A stretch of DNA of 64,000 nucleotides from Parcubacteria group bacterium (GCA_041660065.1 JBAZXC010000004.1:10098-74097), one strand, 5' to 3'; counted from the stretch's first letter, positions 1 to 9,706 are shown. Numbers and translations are program-made. Notes: generated from the letters alone by a model not told the origin.

Positions 1-156
1 TAGTAATGATGCAATAGTGGTGACGGATAACAATGTTTTCCGTGATGTGCTAGCAGTAAAAATTACGCCGAGTATCTATGAGGGGACGATCTGTTTTGGT
101 ACGCAGGAAAATTTTGAACAGAAACGATATGAATCATAAAACAATCACAGAGGAGA

Positions 157-1128
157 ATGGCCATGTTTATACGATCGATCAAAGAAGTGGTAACTTATCT
201 GACATGGGAAGCAAAAAGGTACGGCAACGGATGTAAGAAGGTATATGTTTCTTTGTCCGGTGGCGTGGATTCTGCAGTTGTGGCGATGATATTGGTCAAA
301 GCTTTCGGCAAAGAAAATGTCGTAGCGGTGTATCGTGATATTCGTAGCAACCCAGAGCATGAGGCAGATGCCATAATACTTGCGAAGGCATTGGGTTTTC
401 AACTGATCTGTCTGGATCTCAATCCGATCTATGATGCATTTTTGGACAATGTCCAAAAACAATTTATAGAGAATGATCTGCCATGGCTAAAGGAAGGCGA
501 GCAGATCAATGGCGAGACGTGGGTGAATGTATATGCGTCGCTCAAGTCTCGGATGATGACGCCGTTTGCAGGATTTATTGCCAAGGCCGTTGATGGTGGC
601 AATGGCAGGATCTATGGCACAGGCAATCTCGAAGAGGATTTCCTTTTGCGGTATTATGATAAATTTGGTGATGGTGCAGTGGATAATAACATTCTCGTCG
701 GACTGACCAAAATGGAAGTGCGGCAAATCGCGTTGTGGTTTGGTGAAAAGTATAATGCACCAATTTGCAAAAAGATCGCGGAAAAAATTCCTTCTGCTGA
801 TCTGCAAGCAAATGGCAATATGCATAATGATGAGAATGAACTGACGATGATTGCACGGTCGTACGGGTTTGATATCCGCCTGTCTTATGGCACATGCACG
901 GAAGAGGGTAATATCGCATGGATCTGCAAGCAGGATCTGGATCTCGGTGTGGTGCGTGGTAGACGTGCACGATGGACCGATGCCCTTCAGTCAAAACTTG
1001 GCTATACAGGTGAACAGGTACAACTCACCATGTTCATGCGCAAAATGGAAAAAGCGACGCGGCACAAAGCACTGGGCATCCCCGGTGTGACACGTCCGCA
1101 ATTGCGCAAGGCTTGTTTGGTTGACTGA
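157..1128 (+). CDS. nadE: NH3-dependent NAD+ synthetase
   Basis: 323 aa ORF with the PP-loop ATP pyrophosphatase motif SLSGGVDS near the N-terminus; the antisense ORFs 145-462, 487-825 and 575-994 lie inside it and are treated as spurious. Confidence 0.8.
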   Translation: MAMFIRSIKEVVTYLTWEAKRYGNGCKKVYVSLSGGVDSAVVAMILVKAFGKENVVAVYRDIRSNPEHEADAIILAKALGFQLICLDLNPIYDAFLDNVQKQFIENDLPWLKEGEQINGETWVNVYASLKSRMMTPFAGFIAKAVDGGNGRIYGTGNLEEDFLLRYYDKFGDGAVDNNILVGLTKMEVRQIALWFGEKYNAPICKKIAEKIPSADLQANGNMHNDENELTMIARSYGFDIRLSYGTCTEEGNIAWICKQDLDLGVVRGRRARWTDALQSKLGYTGEQVQLTMFMRKMEKATRHKALGIPGVTRPQLRKACLVD

Positions 1129-1154
1129 TGATCAATACACTTTTTTAAAAAAAG

Positions 1155-1190
1155 AACTTCCACGCGACAGAATTGTTGCGTGGAAGTTTT
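1155..1190. terminator. bidirectional rho-independent terminator
   Basis: Hairpin AACTTCCACGCgacagaattgtTGCGTGGAAGTT with a T-run on the + side and an A-run on the - side, sitting between convergent genes. Confidence 0.6.
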
Positions 1191-1197
1191 CATTTTC

Positions 1198-1518
1198 TCA
1201 GCGGCTACTGAGACATTCATTTGCGGTGAGTGTTGGCTCTGCAGTGTGGCCAGTGACAGCGGTGAATGTTACACTTGCAAATTCTCCCGATATGAAGAGA
1301 GAGTTTTTTAATCGCTCCAAGAACCTGGTCACGTCGTCGTTTCCAATGAGACAAAACAACGTTGCCTCGCCCAGGCGTGATGTTGCGCGTACGCTGAAGT
1401 TTTCACTCAATGCCACGTTTTCGATCTTGGCGATCAGTTTATCAATTTTTTGTCCATTGCGGTTATTGCTTAGACCGTTGATGCCGGGATGCATTGCAAA
1501 AACAAGCGTTGTTGACAT
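1198..1518 (-). CDS. hypothetical protein
   Basis: 106 aa ORF with AGGAG 8 nt upstream of the ATG (read on the - strand) and a terminator immediately downstream; no recognisable motif. Confidence 0.5.
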   Translation of the reverse strand: MSTTLVFAMHPGINGLSNNRNGQKIDKLIAKIENVALSENFSVRATSRLGEATLFCLIGNDDVTRFLERLKNSLFISGEFASVTFTAVTGHTAEPTLTANECLSSR

Positions 1519-1629
1519 GAGCGTCTCCTTTTGGTGTGGGTGAGATATATATTATATATCGTTAATTTTCCTCTTTGTAGCATTTTTCAAAAAACGGTGA
1601 ACAAATGATCGTAGCATGAGAAATCGGCT

Positions 1630-2052
1630 GTGTCAATAAAAACGTCCTGTATTTTTTGGGTATCCATTTTTATATATGCTACTATGTGGATGTATGTAAT
1701 CTTTGGGGAAGATGATGAAATAATTGTAAAATACGATGCGTATATGATACACAATTTATGGATGGAATTTGATATCGACATCGGACTGCTTATTTTTGTG
1801 GCGTATTTTTTGATCGATGCGATGTATGCTGTATATACACTGTCTGTTGTAAAGAAAAAACCATTTACGTCGGCATCGATCGGCGCAGTGATGCATTTTT
1901 TACTTGCGTTTGGCGTGATCAATTATGTGCAAAACTATCTCTATATTGTCCCGCTTGCCATTGGATCATTTTGCGGGACATATGTTGTCGTTTTTTACGA
2001 ACGGAGGTTTTCAAAAAAAGTTTCTGAAATTATAAAAAAGACCGAGGAATAA
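1630..2052 (+). CDS. hypothetical integral membrane protein
   Basis: 140 aa with about 4 hydrophobic helices; no motif recognised. Confidence 0.5.
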   Translation: MSIKTSCIFWVSIFIYATMWMYVIFGEDDEIIVKYDAYMIHNLWMEFDIDIGLLIFVAYFLIDAMYAVYTLSVVKKKPFTSASIGAVMHFLLAFGVINYVQNYLYIVPLAIGSFCGTYVVVFYERRFSKKVSEIIKKTEE

Positions 2053-2070
2053 ACTGATTCCGTCGGTCTC
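2040..2070. terminator. hairpin terminator shared by convergent genes
   Basis: AGACCGAGGAATaaactgATTCCGTCGGTCT, with a T-run on the - strand reading. Confidence 0.4.
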
Positions 2071-2076
2071 CACACC

Positions 2077-2379
2077 TCAATGTGCAAATCGTTTTTTTAG
2101 TTCAGAAAAAATCATGTTAGCATCGATTTCGTTTGGAACTGAGATGTAATGGATTGTAAGAAGTTCTTTCTTACGTGAAATTCCAGGGATCGAGGATACT
2201 AGAACACAACCGAATTCTGACAAAAAATTTATGATTTGCAGGGTGTGAATATTTGTCTCAAATGTAATCGTGACGTAAGTCTCAATGTTTTTTTGAAAAT
2301 AGTAGAGACTCACTTCTCTTGTCTCTGATTGTACTGGGCCAATTGTGATTTCTGCATATCTCTGATCCATCGTCTTCAC
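2077..2379 (-). CDS. hypothetical protein
   Basis: 100 aa ORF with AGAGGAGTG upstream of the ATG (- strand). Confidence 0.5.
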   Translation of the reverse strand: MKTMDQRYAEITIGPVQSETREVSLYYFQKNIETYVTITFETNIHTLQIINFLSEFGCVLVSSIPGISRKKELLTIHYISVPNEIDANMIFSELKKRFAH

Positions 2380-2576
2380 TCCTCTAGTTGGTTATAAATG
2401 AACTGCTGTTTTGGAAGAATAATAATAGCATAAATATAAAATATTGTCAATATTTACTTTATTTACTATTATTGGCAAGATATAATGAAATAAGTGTTGC
2501 TATGAAAAATTCATTCTATTGTTATTTACCAATCAGGATAAACGTGTGATCAAAAATCCACGGGAAGGAGGCATGT

Positions 2577-3158
2577 ATGGAAAAGAACTTTTTATGGTCC
2601 AGGGAGGGTCATGTATGTAACAAATTGTCATCGGCAACGCCAGATCATACAGAGGAAAATCCTGTACCGGATGATTGGGCGCATAGAGTCAGGCATTTCC
2701 TTTATCAGGGAGGGGATTGCATGTATCAGAAGCCGCGACCAGTGGAGAAAAGTGCAGAACAGAATGTGTTGCCAATCGCGGACCTGCGTTTGCTGGAGAG
2801 TCTTCTTGCGAAAGTAAAAGAAAAAGTATCCGTAGATGGCTCAGGGCACATGTTTGGTAGCGATGATCCTTTTGCGATGTTTTTTCCGGATCTTGAACGA
2901 TTTCTCCGTGAGCGCAGATGTGCAGAATTGCGTGCAAACAAAAAAACCGGCGAAAAATTCACGCTTGATGATCTGGCATACATATTCAATGAATATGATA
3001 ATAAAACATTTGTCGGTGGCATCGCTCTCCTTATCGGGATGAGAGACGGCTTCCATCCGGATTTTATCCAATTGAGAGAAGATCTGTATCATCTGGGTAT
3101 TACATTTGATGATGTAGAAATGCAGGGTAAAACGCTTGCACAATATCTCACATCCTGA
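2577..3158 (+). CDS. hypothetical protein
   Basis: 193 aa ORF preceded by GGAAGGAGG, followed by a strong terminator. Confidence 0.55.
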   Translation: MEKNFLWSREGHVCNKLSSATPDHTEENPVPDDWAHRVRHFLYQGGDCMYQKPRPVEKSAEQNVLPIADLRLLESLLAKVKEKVSVDGSGHMFGSDDPFAMFFPDLERFLRERRCAELRANKKTGEKFTLDDLAYIFNEYDNKTFVGGIALLIGMRDGFHPDFIQLREDLYHLGITFDDVEMQGKTLAQYLTS

Positions 3159-3163
3159 AATAA

Positions 3164-3201
3164 ACCTTCCGCGGTTACATGGCGGAAGGTTTTTCTTTTT
3201 T
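3164..3201. terminator. rho-independent terminator
   Basis: ACCTTCCGCggttacatgGCGGAAGGT followed by TTTTTCTTTTTT; serves convergent genes. Confidence 0.8.
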
Positions 3202-3277
3202 AAAAAATTAGTGTAGTAAATAGTGAAAATGAAAGAGCCATCATACACATTGTGTGTACGATGGCTCTGCTGAGTTT

Positions 3278-4021
3278 TTAGAATTTGTACGTCAGATTTG
3301 TGCCAAGAACTTCTTCTGTGCCCTCACGATCGGCAGCGCCAAAGACCGGAGTGGTCGCCTTCAAAAAAATCGGTTTGAAAGTGAGTTTCTCACTCAATTT
3401 CCAGTCGAGTCCGGTTTCAATGAGCAAGATCATGCCACTGTCGGATGTACCATCACCGAGATCAAAGACGCCGGCACCTTTGCTCTTAAGAGTGAATGCG
3501 TCGCTGATCTTCCACTGATGCAGTGTGCCGAGAAACAGGGTATTCTTGTTTCTGCCATCGTCTGTGGTAAAGTCGAATTCACCGCGTGCAAATGGCGTGA
3601 AGCGGGTAGCTGTTTTGAGTTGTGCTTCCACAAAAAACTCAACAGTATCGGGGCTGGAAAAGAGAGTAGGACAATCAAAATATGCGAATCCGACATCCAG
3701 GTTGACACTTCGACCCCAGATCGTGTAATCACGATTTTTGGCGGCGATCAAGTCGATCTCGCCGCCATCGTTTTCGACAAATTCCCCGTTGAAATTTGTC
3801 GATAGCCACGCTTCGACGCGGAACCCTTTGTAGTAAAGGGATGCATCCGTTTGGGATACGCCTCTGTTGCTAAACATGAATCCGCCATTGCCCAGGTAGC
3901 CTGTGCGAAGATCTTCGGAAATACTCCCGGTGATACTGTCTTCTCCTGCCACAGCGGCGGAGATGGAACAGAACGAAAACAACATTGTCACAGCACAAAA
4001 TAAAACAGTAAATTTTCTCAT
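3278..4021 (-). CDS. secreted beta-barrel-like protein (outer-membrane-protein-like signature)
   Basis: 247 aa with an N-terminal signal peptide (MRKFTVLFCAVTMLFSFCSISAA), alternating hydrophobic beta-strand-like segments rich in G/T/D/N, and a C-terminal ...LTYKF ending in Phe as in OMP beta-barrels; GGAGGG upstream. The antisense ORF 3254-3805 is rejected. Confidence 0.5.
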   Translation of the reverse strand: MRKFTVLFCAVTMLFSFCSISAAVAGEDSITGSISEDLRTGYLGNGGFMFSNRGVSQTDASLYYKGFRVEAWLSTNFNGEFVENDGGEIDLIAAKNRDYTIWGRSVNLDVGFAYFDCPTLFSSPDTVEFFVEAQLKTATRFTPFARGEFDFTTDDGRNKNTLFLGTLHQWKISDAFTLKSKGAGVFDLGDGTSDSGMILLIETGLDWKLSEKLTFKPIFLKATTPVFGAADREGTEEVLGTNLTYKF

Positions 4022-4174
4022 ATTTCCCTCCAGTAATGAGATTTTCGGGTTTATGCCGTATCTACCACTACGGTTTTAAGGAACTGATACGGAAACCCCA
4101 CTCTAGCACAAAATAGCATCTCTGTCAAAGAAAATTTTTGTAGTATAATGAGGCTGTAACTTTAATATTTTTTT

Positions 4175-4978
4175 GTGAAAATTATTACATGGAATGTCAA
4201 CGGTTTGCGTGCTGTTGAGCGAAAAGGGGAATTGGAACATCTGATTGCTGTGCAACGACCGGACTTCTTGCTTTTACAAGAGATCAAAGGGAAGCGGGAG
4301 CAATTCAGTTCTTTTTTGACAGAGCATGAATCGTATGAGCAGTTTTATCACAGCGCAGAAAAACCCGGGTATGCGGGAACGGGTGTGTGGATGCATAAGA
4401 AATTTGCTGATGCATATACGACAAAGATCAATTTCAACACACATGTGCCAGATGCGCCAAATCATGACGAAGGGCGCATGTCTCATCTCACATTTACTCA
4501 TGGCAAAAAGATATATGATATTTTGTCGATCTATTTTCCCAATGGAGGAAAGAGTCCGCAGGCATGGAAGGAAAAATTGATCTTTTTTGATAAGGTGCTG
4601 GATTTTATGAATGATCTGCGTGCGCAGGGTCACAGGGTGATCGTGGGAGGAGATATGAATGTGGCGCATGAAGCGATCGATCTCGCGAGACCGAAAGAGA
4701 ATGATGGTCATATCGGCTTTCATCCGGATGAGCGTGCATGGATGGATCATGTGATAGCGGACAAGTGGGTGGATGTGTGGCGTGCAATCAATCCTAGTGT
4801 GACGGACGTCTATTCGTGGTGGGATTCATATACGCATGCACGGGACAGAAATGTGGGATGGCGGATCGATTATTTTTTCATCGATAAAAAGCAGTTAAAA
4901 AATGTACAAGAGATCGCATATCTCAACGAACAATACGGTTCGGATCATTGCCCGCTTCTGATGGACTTTAAAATGTAG
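4175..4978 (+). CDS. xth: exodeoxyribonuclease III (AP endonuclease)
   Basis: 267 aa starting MKIITWNVNGLRA, with an ExoIII/EEP-family fold signature across its length; TAGTATAAT -10 upstream. Confidence 0.85.
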   Translation: MKIITWNVNGLRAVERKGELEHLIAVQRPDFLLLQEIKGKREQFSSFLTEHESYEQFYHSAEKPGYAGTGVWMHKKFADAYTTKINFNTHVPDAPNHDEGRMSHLTFTHGKKIYDILSIYFPNGGKSPQAWKEKLIFFDKVLDFMNDLRAQGHRVIVGGDMNVAHEAIDLARPKENDGHIGFHPDERAWMDHVIADKWVDVWRAINPSVTDVYSWWDSYTHARDRNVGWRIDYFFIDKKQLKNVQEIAYLNEQYGSDHCPLLMDFKM

Positions 4979-4986
4979 CAATACAT

Positions 4987-5349
4987 GTCATCCTGAACTC
5001 GTTTCAGGATCTCATATCCTAAAAAATAAACATGAAACAATATTGTGTGTACATTTTAACAAATTCACGTAAGACAGTTTTATATATTGGTGTCACGAGT
5101 AATTTGCAAAAACGTGTACATGAGCATAAAAGTAAGCTTGTTGATGGTTTTACAAAAAAATATAATGTTGATAGATTGGTTTATTTTGAACAAACTGAAG
5201 ATGTTTTGAGTGCATTGAGAAGAGAAAAACAATTAAAAAATTGGCATAGGGGGTGGAAAAACAATTTGATATCGCAATTTAATCCAGATTGGAGTGATTT
5301 GACGAGTTCTATTATTTAGCTGAGATCCTGAAACGAGTTCAGGATGACA
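4987..5349. mobile_element. GIY-YIG nuclease cassette bounded by perfect 29-bp hairpin inverted repeats
   Basis: Left 4987-5015 TGTCATCCTGAACTCGTTTCAGGATCTCA; right 5321-5349 is its exact reverse complement; the cargo is the GIY-YIG ORF; a cargo-less copy of the repeat pair sits at 32850-32911. Confidence 0.55.
5032..5319 (+). CDS. GIY-YIG family nuclease (small, URI-domain only)
   Basis: 95 aa: YCVYILTNSRKTVLYIGVTSNLQKRVHEH ... KQLKNW matches the GIY-YIG motif set (GVY-YIG, R, E, N). Confidence 0.75.
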   Translation: MKQYCVYILTNSRKTVLYIGVTSNLQKRVHEHKSKLVDGFTKKYNVDRLVYFEQTEDVLSALRREKQLKNWHRGWKNNLISQFNPDWSDLTSSII

Positions 5350-5383
5350 ATAAGATTGCAATTATTTTTTTAGGTAGATATTT

Positions 5384-5989
5384 ATGGCAAAAAGACGGGT
5401 GCGACATCATGTGAATCCTCTGGCAGATATGACAGAACATAGTTTTGCCGGTTTTGATAATGATCGACCGATCATTATGGATATTGGTGCGGATCGTGGG
5501 GAATTCACGCAAAAACTCATAGAAAAATTCGGTGATACAAAGAATTTTATCGTCTGTGAAATTCGTAAACCGTTGGCGGAGAGATTGCGTAAAAAGTTTT
5601 CAGATCATGAAAATGTGGCAGTTTTTGACGGTGATATCGTGCGCAATTTTTTAAAGATCATCAAGCCATCTGTTGATAGAGGTGTAATAGTTGAGGAGGT
5701 CTATGTGAATTTTCCCGATCCGTGGTTCAAAGACCGGCACAAAAAACGTCGTGTGATCACGGAGAAATTCGTATTAAAAGTACAAGAATGGATGCCGGCA
5801 GGGACAAAGTGGATATTTCAAACGGATCAAAAGCAGTTATTTGAGGAAACGGTGGAGATGTTGCGTGGTATTGAAGGTGTCACTATTGAATTTTTCAATA
5901 ACACTCCGCATGATGTGACGACCAAGTGGGAAGAAGCAAAAATTGCGCAGAACAGTGTAATTTATCGCATGATGTTTTATATAAAATAA
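5384..5989 (+). CDS. trmB: tRNA (guanine46-N7)-methyltransferase
   Basis: 201 aa; SAM-binding IMDIGADRGEF and the TrmB hallmark FPDPWFKDRHKKRR. Confidence 0.8.
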   Translation: MAKRRVRHHVNPLADMTEHSFAGFDNDRPIIMDIGADRGEFTQKLIEKFGDTKNFIVCEIRKPLAERLRKKFSDHENVAVFDGDIVRNFLKIIKPSVDRGVIVEEVYVNFPDPWFKDRHKKRRVITEKFVLKVQEWMPAGTKWIFQTDQKQLFEETVEMLRGIEGVTIEFFNNTPHDVTTKWEEAKIAQNSVIYRMMFYIK

Positions 5990-6084
5990 TGTGATTTTGT
6001 CGCATATATTGTGCAAAAAAACTATTGACATCTCATGTTAGAAGAGTACCATACAAATAAATTTGTAATTGTAAGATAAAATTT

Positions 6085-7368
6085 ATGAGAAAAATGGAGT
6101 CATTGAAAGTCGCGGTAATTGGGCTGGGTTATGTGGGCTTACCGCTTGCAGTGAGATCCAAAGAACGAGGTTATGATGTGATCGGTGTAGATTTGGATAA
6201 GAAAAAAGTTGACATGATCAACAAAAAAAAATCTCCCATTGAGGATGATTTTTTGATCGAGAATTTACCGAAATACCCCTTCAGAGCAACTACAGAGGCA
6301 AAAGAGATCAAAAAGGCTGATATTGTCTTGATTTGTGTGCCAACGCCGGTAGATCATCTCTATCAACCTGACCTCGGTCCGGTAGAGGGAGCATGTAAAA
6401 TGGTGGCAGAAAATCTCAAAAATGGTGCATTGGTAGTTTTGGAATCAACGGTCAATCCCGGTGTTTCAGAAGAAGTCGTGAAGCCAATATTTGAATCATA
6501 TGGACATAAGGTTGGAAAAGATGTTCAAATTGCACATTGTCCGGAGAGAATCAATCCCGGTGATCCAAAATGGAATGTGACGAATATCCCGCGCGTTGTC
6601 GGATCTTTTACGCCAAGAGGATTGGCTAAGGCAAAAGCTTTTTATGAGTCGATCGTGGATGGTGAGATTAGAGCAATGAAACATATTCGCGAAGCGGAGG
6701 CGTGCAAAGTTGTAGAGAATTCTTTTCGTGATATCAATATTGCATTTGTCAATGAGCTGGCAAAATCTTTTGACGCTTTAGGAATTGATATTAAAGATGT
6801 AATCGAAGGAGCAAGTACAAAACCGTTTGCTTTTATGGCACATTACCCAGGGAGAGGGATCGGCGGACATTGCATTCCCGTTGATCCATATTACCTTATT
6901 GAAAGAGCAAAAAAGGCGGGATTTGATCATAAGTTTTTGCGCACATCGCGTGAGATCAATAATTCCATGCCGGATTATACTGTGGAGCTTTTGCAGGACA
7001 AACTCAATGAGGCGAAACTTCCTCTTAATGGTACCAATGTGGGTGTTTTGGGCATTGCATATAAGGCTAACGTGGATGATGATCGGGAGTCGCCATTTTA
7101 TGCGATCGTAAAAGCACTGACCAAACATAAAGCAAAAATTCATTCTTTTGATCCGCATGTATTATCCAAATCAACATGCAAGACATTGGAAGCGATCTTG
7201 AAAAAATCAGATGCGTTAATTCTTGTGACCAACCATAAAGAGTTTTCCGGCATCAATGGGAAGTTACTAAAAAAATATGGAATCAAAGTCATTGTTGACG
7301 GCATGAATTGTCTTGATAAAAATGAGATCAAAAAAAGTGGTATTATTTACAAGGGAATTGGAAGGTAA
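6085..7368 (+). CDS. nucleotide-sugar dehydrogenase (UDP-GlcNAc/ManNAc dehydrogenase WecC/WbpA-like)
   Basis: 427 aa; N-terminal Rossmann VAVIGLGYVGLPLAV and catalytic-Cys motif GIGGHCIPVDPYYL typical of the UDP-glucose/GDP-mannose dehydrogenase family. Confidence 0.8.
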   Translation: MRKMESLKVAVIGLGYVGLPLAVRSKERGYDVIGVDLDKKKVDMINKKKSPIEDDFLIENLPKYPFRATTEAKEIKKADIVLICVPTPVDHLYQPDLGPVEGACKMVAENLKNGALVVLESTVNPGVSEEVVKPIFESYGHKVGKDVQIAHCPERINPGDPKWNVTNIPRVVGSFTPRGLAKAKAFYESIVDGEIRAMKHIREAEACKVVENSFRDINIAFVNELAKSFDALGIDIKDVIEGASTKPFAFMAHYPGRGIGGHCIPVDPYYLIERAKKAGFDHKFLRTSREINNSMPDYTVELLQDKLNEAKLPLNGTNVGVLGIAYKANVDDDRESPFYAIVKALTKHKAKIHSFDPHVLSKSTCKTLEAILKKSDALILVTNHKEFSGINGKLLKKYGIKVIVDGMNCLDKNEIKKSGIIYKGIGR

Positions 7369-7377
7369 AAAAAATAA

Positions 7378-7412
7378 AAAAACACCTCCCGAAAGATTGG
7401 GAGGTGTTTTTT
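7378..7412. terminator. bidirectional rho-independent terminator
   Basis: AAACACCTCCCgaaagattGGGAGGTGTTTTTTT between convergent genes. Confidence 0.8.
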
Positions 7413-7414
7413 TA

Positions 7415-7786
7415 TCATGTCGTTTCAAGGACTTTCTGTACTTCTTCGGCAATTTGATTTGGCGTGTAGTCGGATTTTCGGAGAAATTTGTCGGCACCTG
7501 ATTTGAGGGCGCGTTCTTCTTCTTGCTGATTACTGAGATTGCTGACGACGATAGTCTTGCAGGAAATCGCGTGATTGTTTTTGAGGGCGTCAAGAACAGT
7601 AAATCCATCCATCTTTGGCATCATCAGATCAAGTAATATTACATCAGGTTTGAATTCTGCGGCTCTCATCGCTCCGCGCAGTCCATCCGGCTCGGAACAA
7701 ACGTCATAATCCTTTAATCGTAGGACAGCTTCATACATCTCTCGGATTTCCGCATGATCGTCGATGATCAATACCTTTTTCTTCAT
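7415..7786 (-). CDS. single-domain response regulator (CheY-like receiver)
   Basis: 123 aa; receiver motifs VLIIDDH ... ILLDLMMPKMDG ... VVSN; no output domain. Confidence 0.8.
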   Translation of the reverse strand: MKKKVLIIDDHAEIREMYEAVLRLKDYDVCSEPDGLRGAMRAAEFKPDVILLDLMMPKMDGFTVLDALKNNHAISCKTIVVSNLSNQQEEERALKSGADKFLRKSDYTPNQIAEEVQKVLETT

Positions 7787-7803
7787 AACATTATGGTTAA
7801 AAA

Positions 7804-9591
7804 TTATTTTTTAATATTCAATATGACGTAGAAATCACTTCCTTCTCCAAGTGTACTTGCTACGTAAATATCGCCACCGAGTTGCGTGATCAATTTTTTT
7901 GCAATTGGGAGACCCAAGCCGGAACCTCCGGATATACGCTTCATATGCCCCCCAACCTGTTTGAATTTTTTGAAAATATCATGTAAATCTTCTGTTGCAA
8001 TACCAATGCCGTTGTCTTTAACGTGTATTTCAATTCTATCAGAATCAAGTTTTTTCGTAAAAATTTCTATTTTGCCGATGTCAGGTTTTGTGAATTTGAT
8101 GGCATTATCGATCAAATTGATGATGATACGTCGCAATTGAGTTGGGTCTGTCATAATGCGCACATGAGGATTTGTCGCGTGGAATATAAGGGCTTTGTTT
8201 TCTGTGGCACAGCGCATACGAAAATCGCTGTAAGTTTTTTCGATCAAGTCACTGAGGTTCACATCCTCAATATCAAATTGCATTTTTCCAGACTCCAATT
8301 TTTCCAGATCAAGCATGTTTGACACCATTTCCAACAGTTTATCCGTGTTATTGATGATTTTTTCTGTGTAATTTTTTTGTGTCTCATTTACTTCACCAAA
8401 CATTCCGTTCAATAACATCGATGCAAAGCCCTTAATGATCGTAAGGGGCGTCCTGAGTTCATGTGAGGTGATCGAGATGATCTCATTCTTCATTTTATCA
8501 ACCTTCTTTAACTCCTTGTAGGATTTCTGCATGTTTTCACGGAGTTTTCTTTTCTCTGTGATATTTTCTACGGAGGCGTCAAAATATAAAGCATTTTTTC
8601 CTGGAATGATCTTCCCATATATTTTTATCCAGAGAGCGTTATTTTTGAATGTCAATATCTCGAGTTCCTCTCCTATAACCTCATGTTTTTTTAAAAGTAA
8701 GTTTTTGAATTTTTCTTTTTCATCCTTGTTCTTGAAAAAATCAATAAAGTCAAAATCTGGTTTTTGCAGATGTTTCTTATCGGGGATTTCCAAGAGTTCG
8801 AGAAGGGCATTATTCCATAGAAGCGGTGGGGCGGGCTTATCCATGCGGATGCGAAACATACCAATTGGCAGGTGTTGGATCAATGACACAAACTCAGATT
8901 TTAAAAGGTTTTTTTGCTCCTCAATTTTTGATCCAACTCTAAGGATGAAGGCGAGTAATCCGATCAAAAGGATTAAAATCAAAAGAATGATCCCAATGAT
9001 GCGCCACATGATCGTAACAATCTCTTTTTGAACATCATCGATATACATTCCTGTGCCAATCAGCCATCCCCATGGTTTAAATACGGTCACATGAGATAGC
9101 TTCGGCACTGCGATCGAAGTGTCACCGTGTTTTGGCATCCACATATATTTTACATAGCCCTCCTCGTCATTTCTTGCCATAGCAAGCATAACGGCGCCAA
9201 AGTTGTAGCCGTTTTCATCGGAGAGGTTTTCCAAGTTGGTGCCACGTACCGTGTCGTATGGATGGATAAAAATAATGCCGTCATTGACATTATTTACCCA
9301 AAAATAGTCATCGCCATTTTTGCCGTAACGATAATTGCTGATGATCTCTGTGGCGATTTTTTTTGCTTCTTCCTCATCTAACTCGCCGGAAATAACTCTG
9401 TCATTGAGATTATTCAGTGTTGCAATCAACAGACTTGACATTTCATGGAGCATGTACTGTTTTTCGCTCATGAGAGACTGATTGATGCGGGGAATGATAT
9501 AAAATGCAAACGCGGATGTGGTAAAAATCACAAAAAGCACTGTGATAAATGCGACTTTGCCGAATGTTGTGCTGAGCATTTTTTTGAACAT
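7804..9591 (-). CDS. sensor histidine kinase with extracytoplasmic Cache-like sensor
   Basis: 595 aa; an N-terminal TM, a periplasmic sensor of about 150 aa, a second TM, an H-box SHELRTPLT, and HATPase motifs DNGIGI / GGSGLGL. Confidence 0.8.
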   Translation of the reverse strand: MFKKMLSTTFGKVAFITVLFVIFTTSAFAFYIIPRINQSLMSEKQYMLHEMSSLLIATLNNLNDRVISGELDEEEAKKIATEIISNYRYGKNGDDYFWVNNVNDGIIFIHPYDTVRGTNLENLSDENGYNFGAVMLAMARNDEEGYVKYMWMPKHGDTSIAVPKLSHVTVFKPWGWLIGTGMYIDDVQKEIVTIMWRIIGIILLILILLIGLLAFILRVGSKIEEQKNLLKSEFVSLIQHLPIGMFRIRMDKPAPPLLWNNALLELLEIPDKKHLQKPDFDFIDFFKNKDEKEKFKNLLLKKHEVIGEELEILTFKNNALWIKIYGKIIPGKNALYFDASVENITEKRKLRENMQKSYKELKKVDKMKNEIISITSHELRTPLTIIKGFASMLLNGMFGEVNETQKNYTEKIINNTDKLLEMVSNMLDLEKLESGKMQFDIEDVNLSDLIEKTYSDFRMRCATENKALIFHATNPHVRIMTDPTQLRRIIINLIDNAIKFTKPDIGKIEIFTKKLDSDRIEIHVKDNGIGIATEDLHDIFKKFKQVGGHMKRISGGSGLGLPIAKKLITQLGGDIYVASTLGEGSDFYVILNIKK

Positions 9592-9706
9592 GGGATTGAT
9601 ATGATGCTTTTTAGCAACGGTATTGTGTCAAAAAGGAATGATGTATTCTGTCTCCATAATACCATGAGTTGTGGTATTATATAAGTAGGTTTTAAATTTA
9701 AAAGAT

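Noticed and set aside
145-994. ORFs 145-462(-), 487-825(-), 575-994(-) and 851-1090(+)
   Set aside because: They lie entirely inside and antisense to, or out of frame with, the well-supported nadE gene. They have odd composition and no RBS.
1121-1543. ORF 1121-1543 (+), 140 aa
   Set aside because: It starts inside the nadE stop/terminator region and runs through a rho-independent terminator. The antisense ORF 1198-1518 has the RBS and terminator and is preferred.
3254-3805. ORF 3254-3805 (+), 183 aa
   Set aside because: It is antisense to the beta-barrel-like gene, which has a signal peptide, an RBS and a terminator. The plus-strand ORF has none of these.
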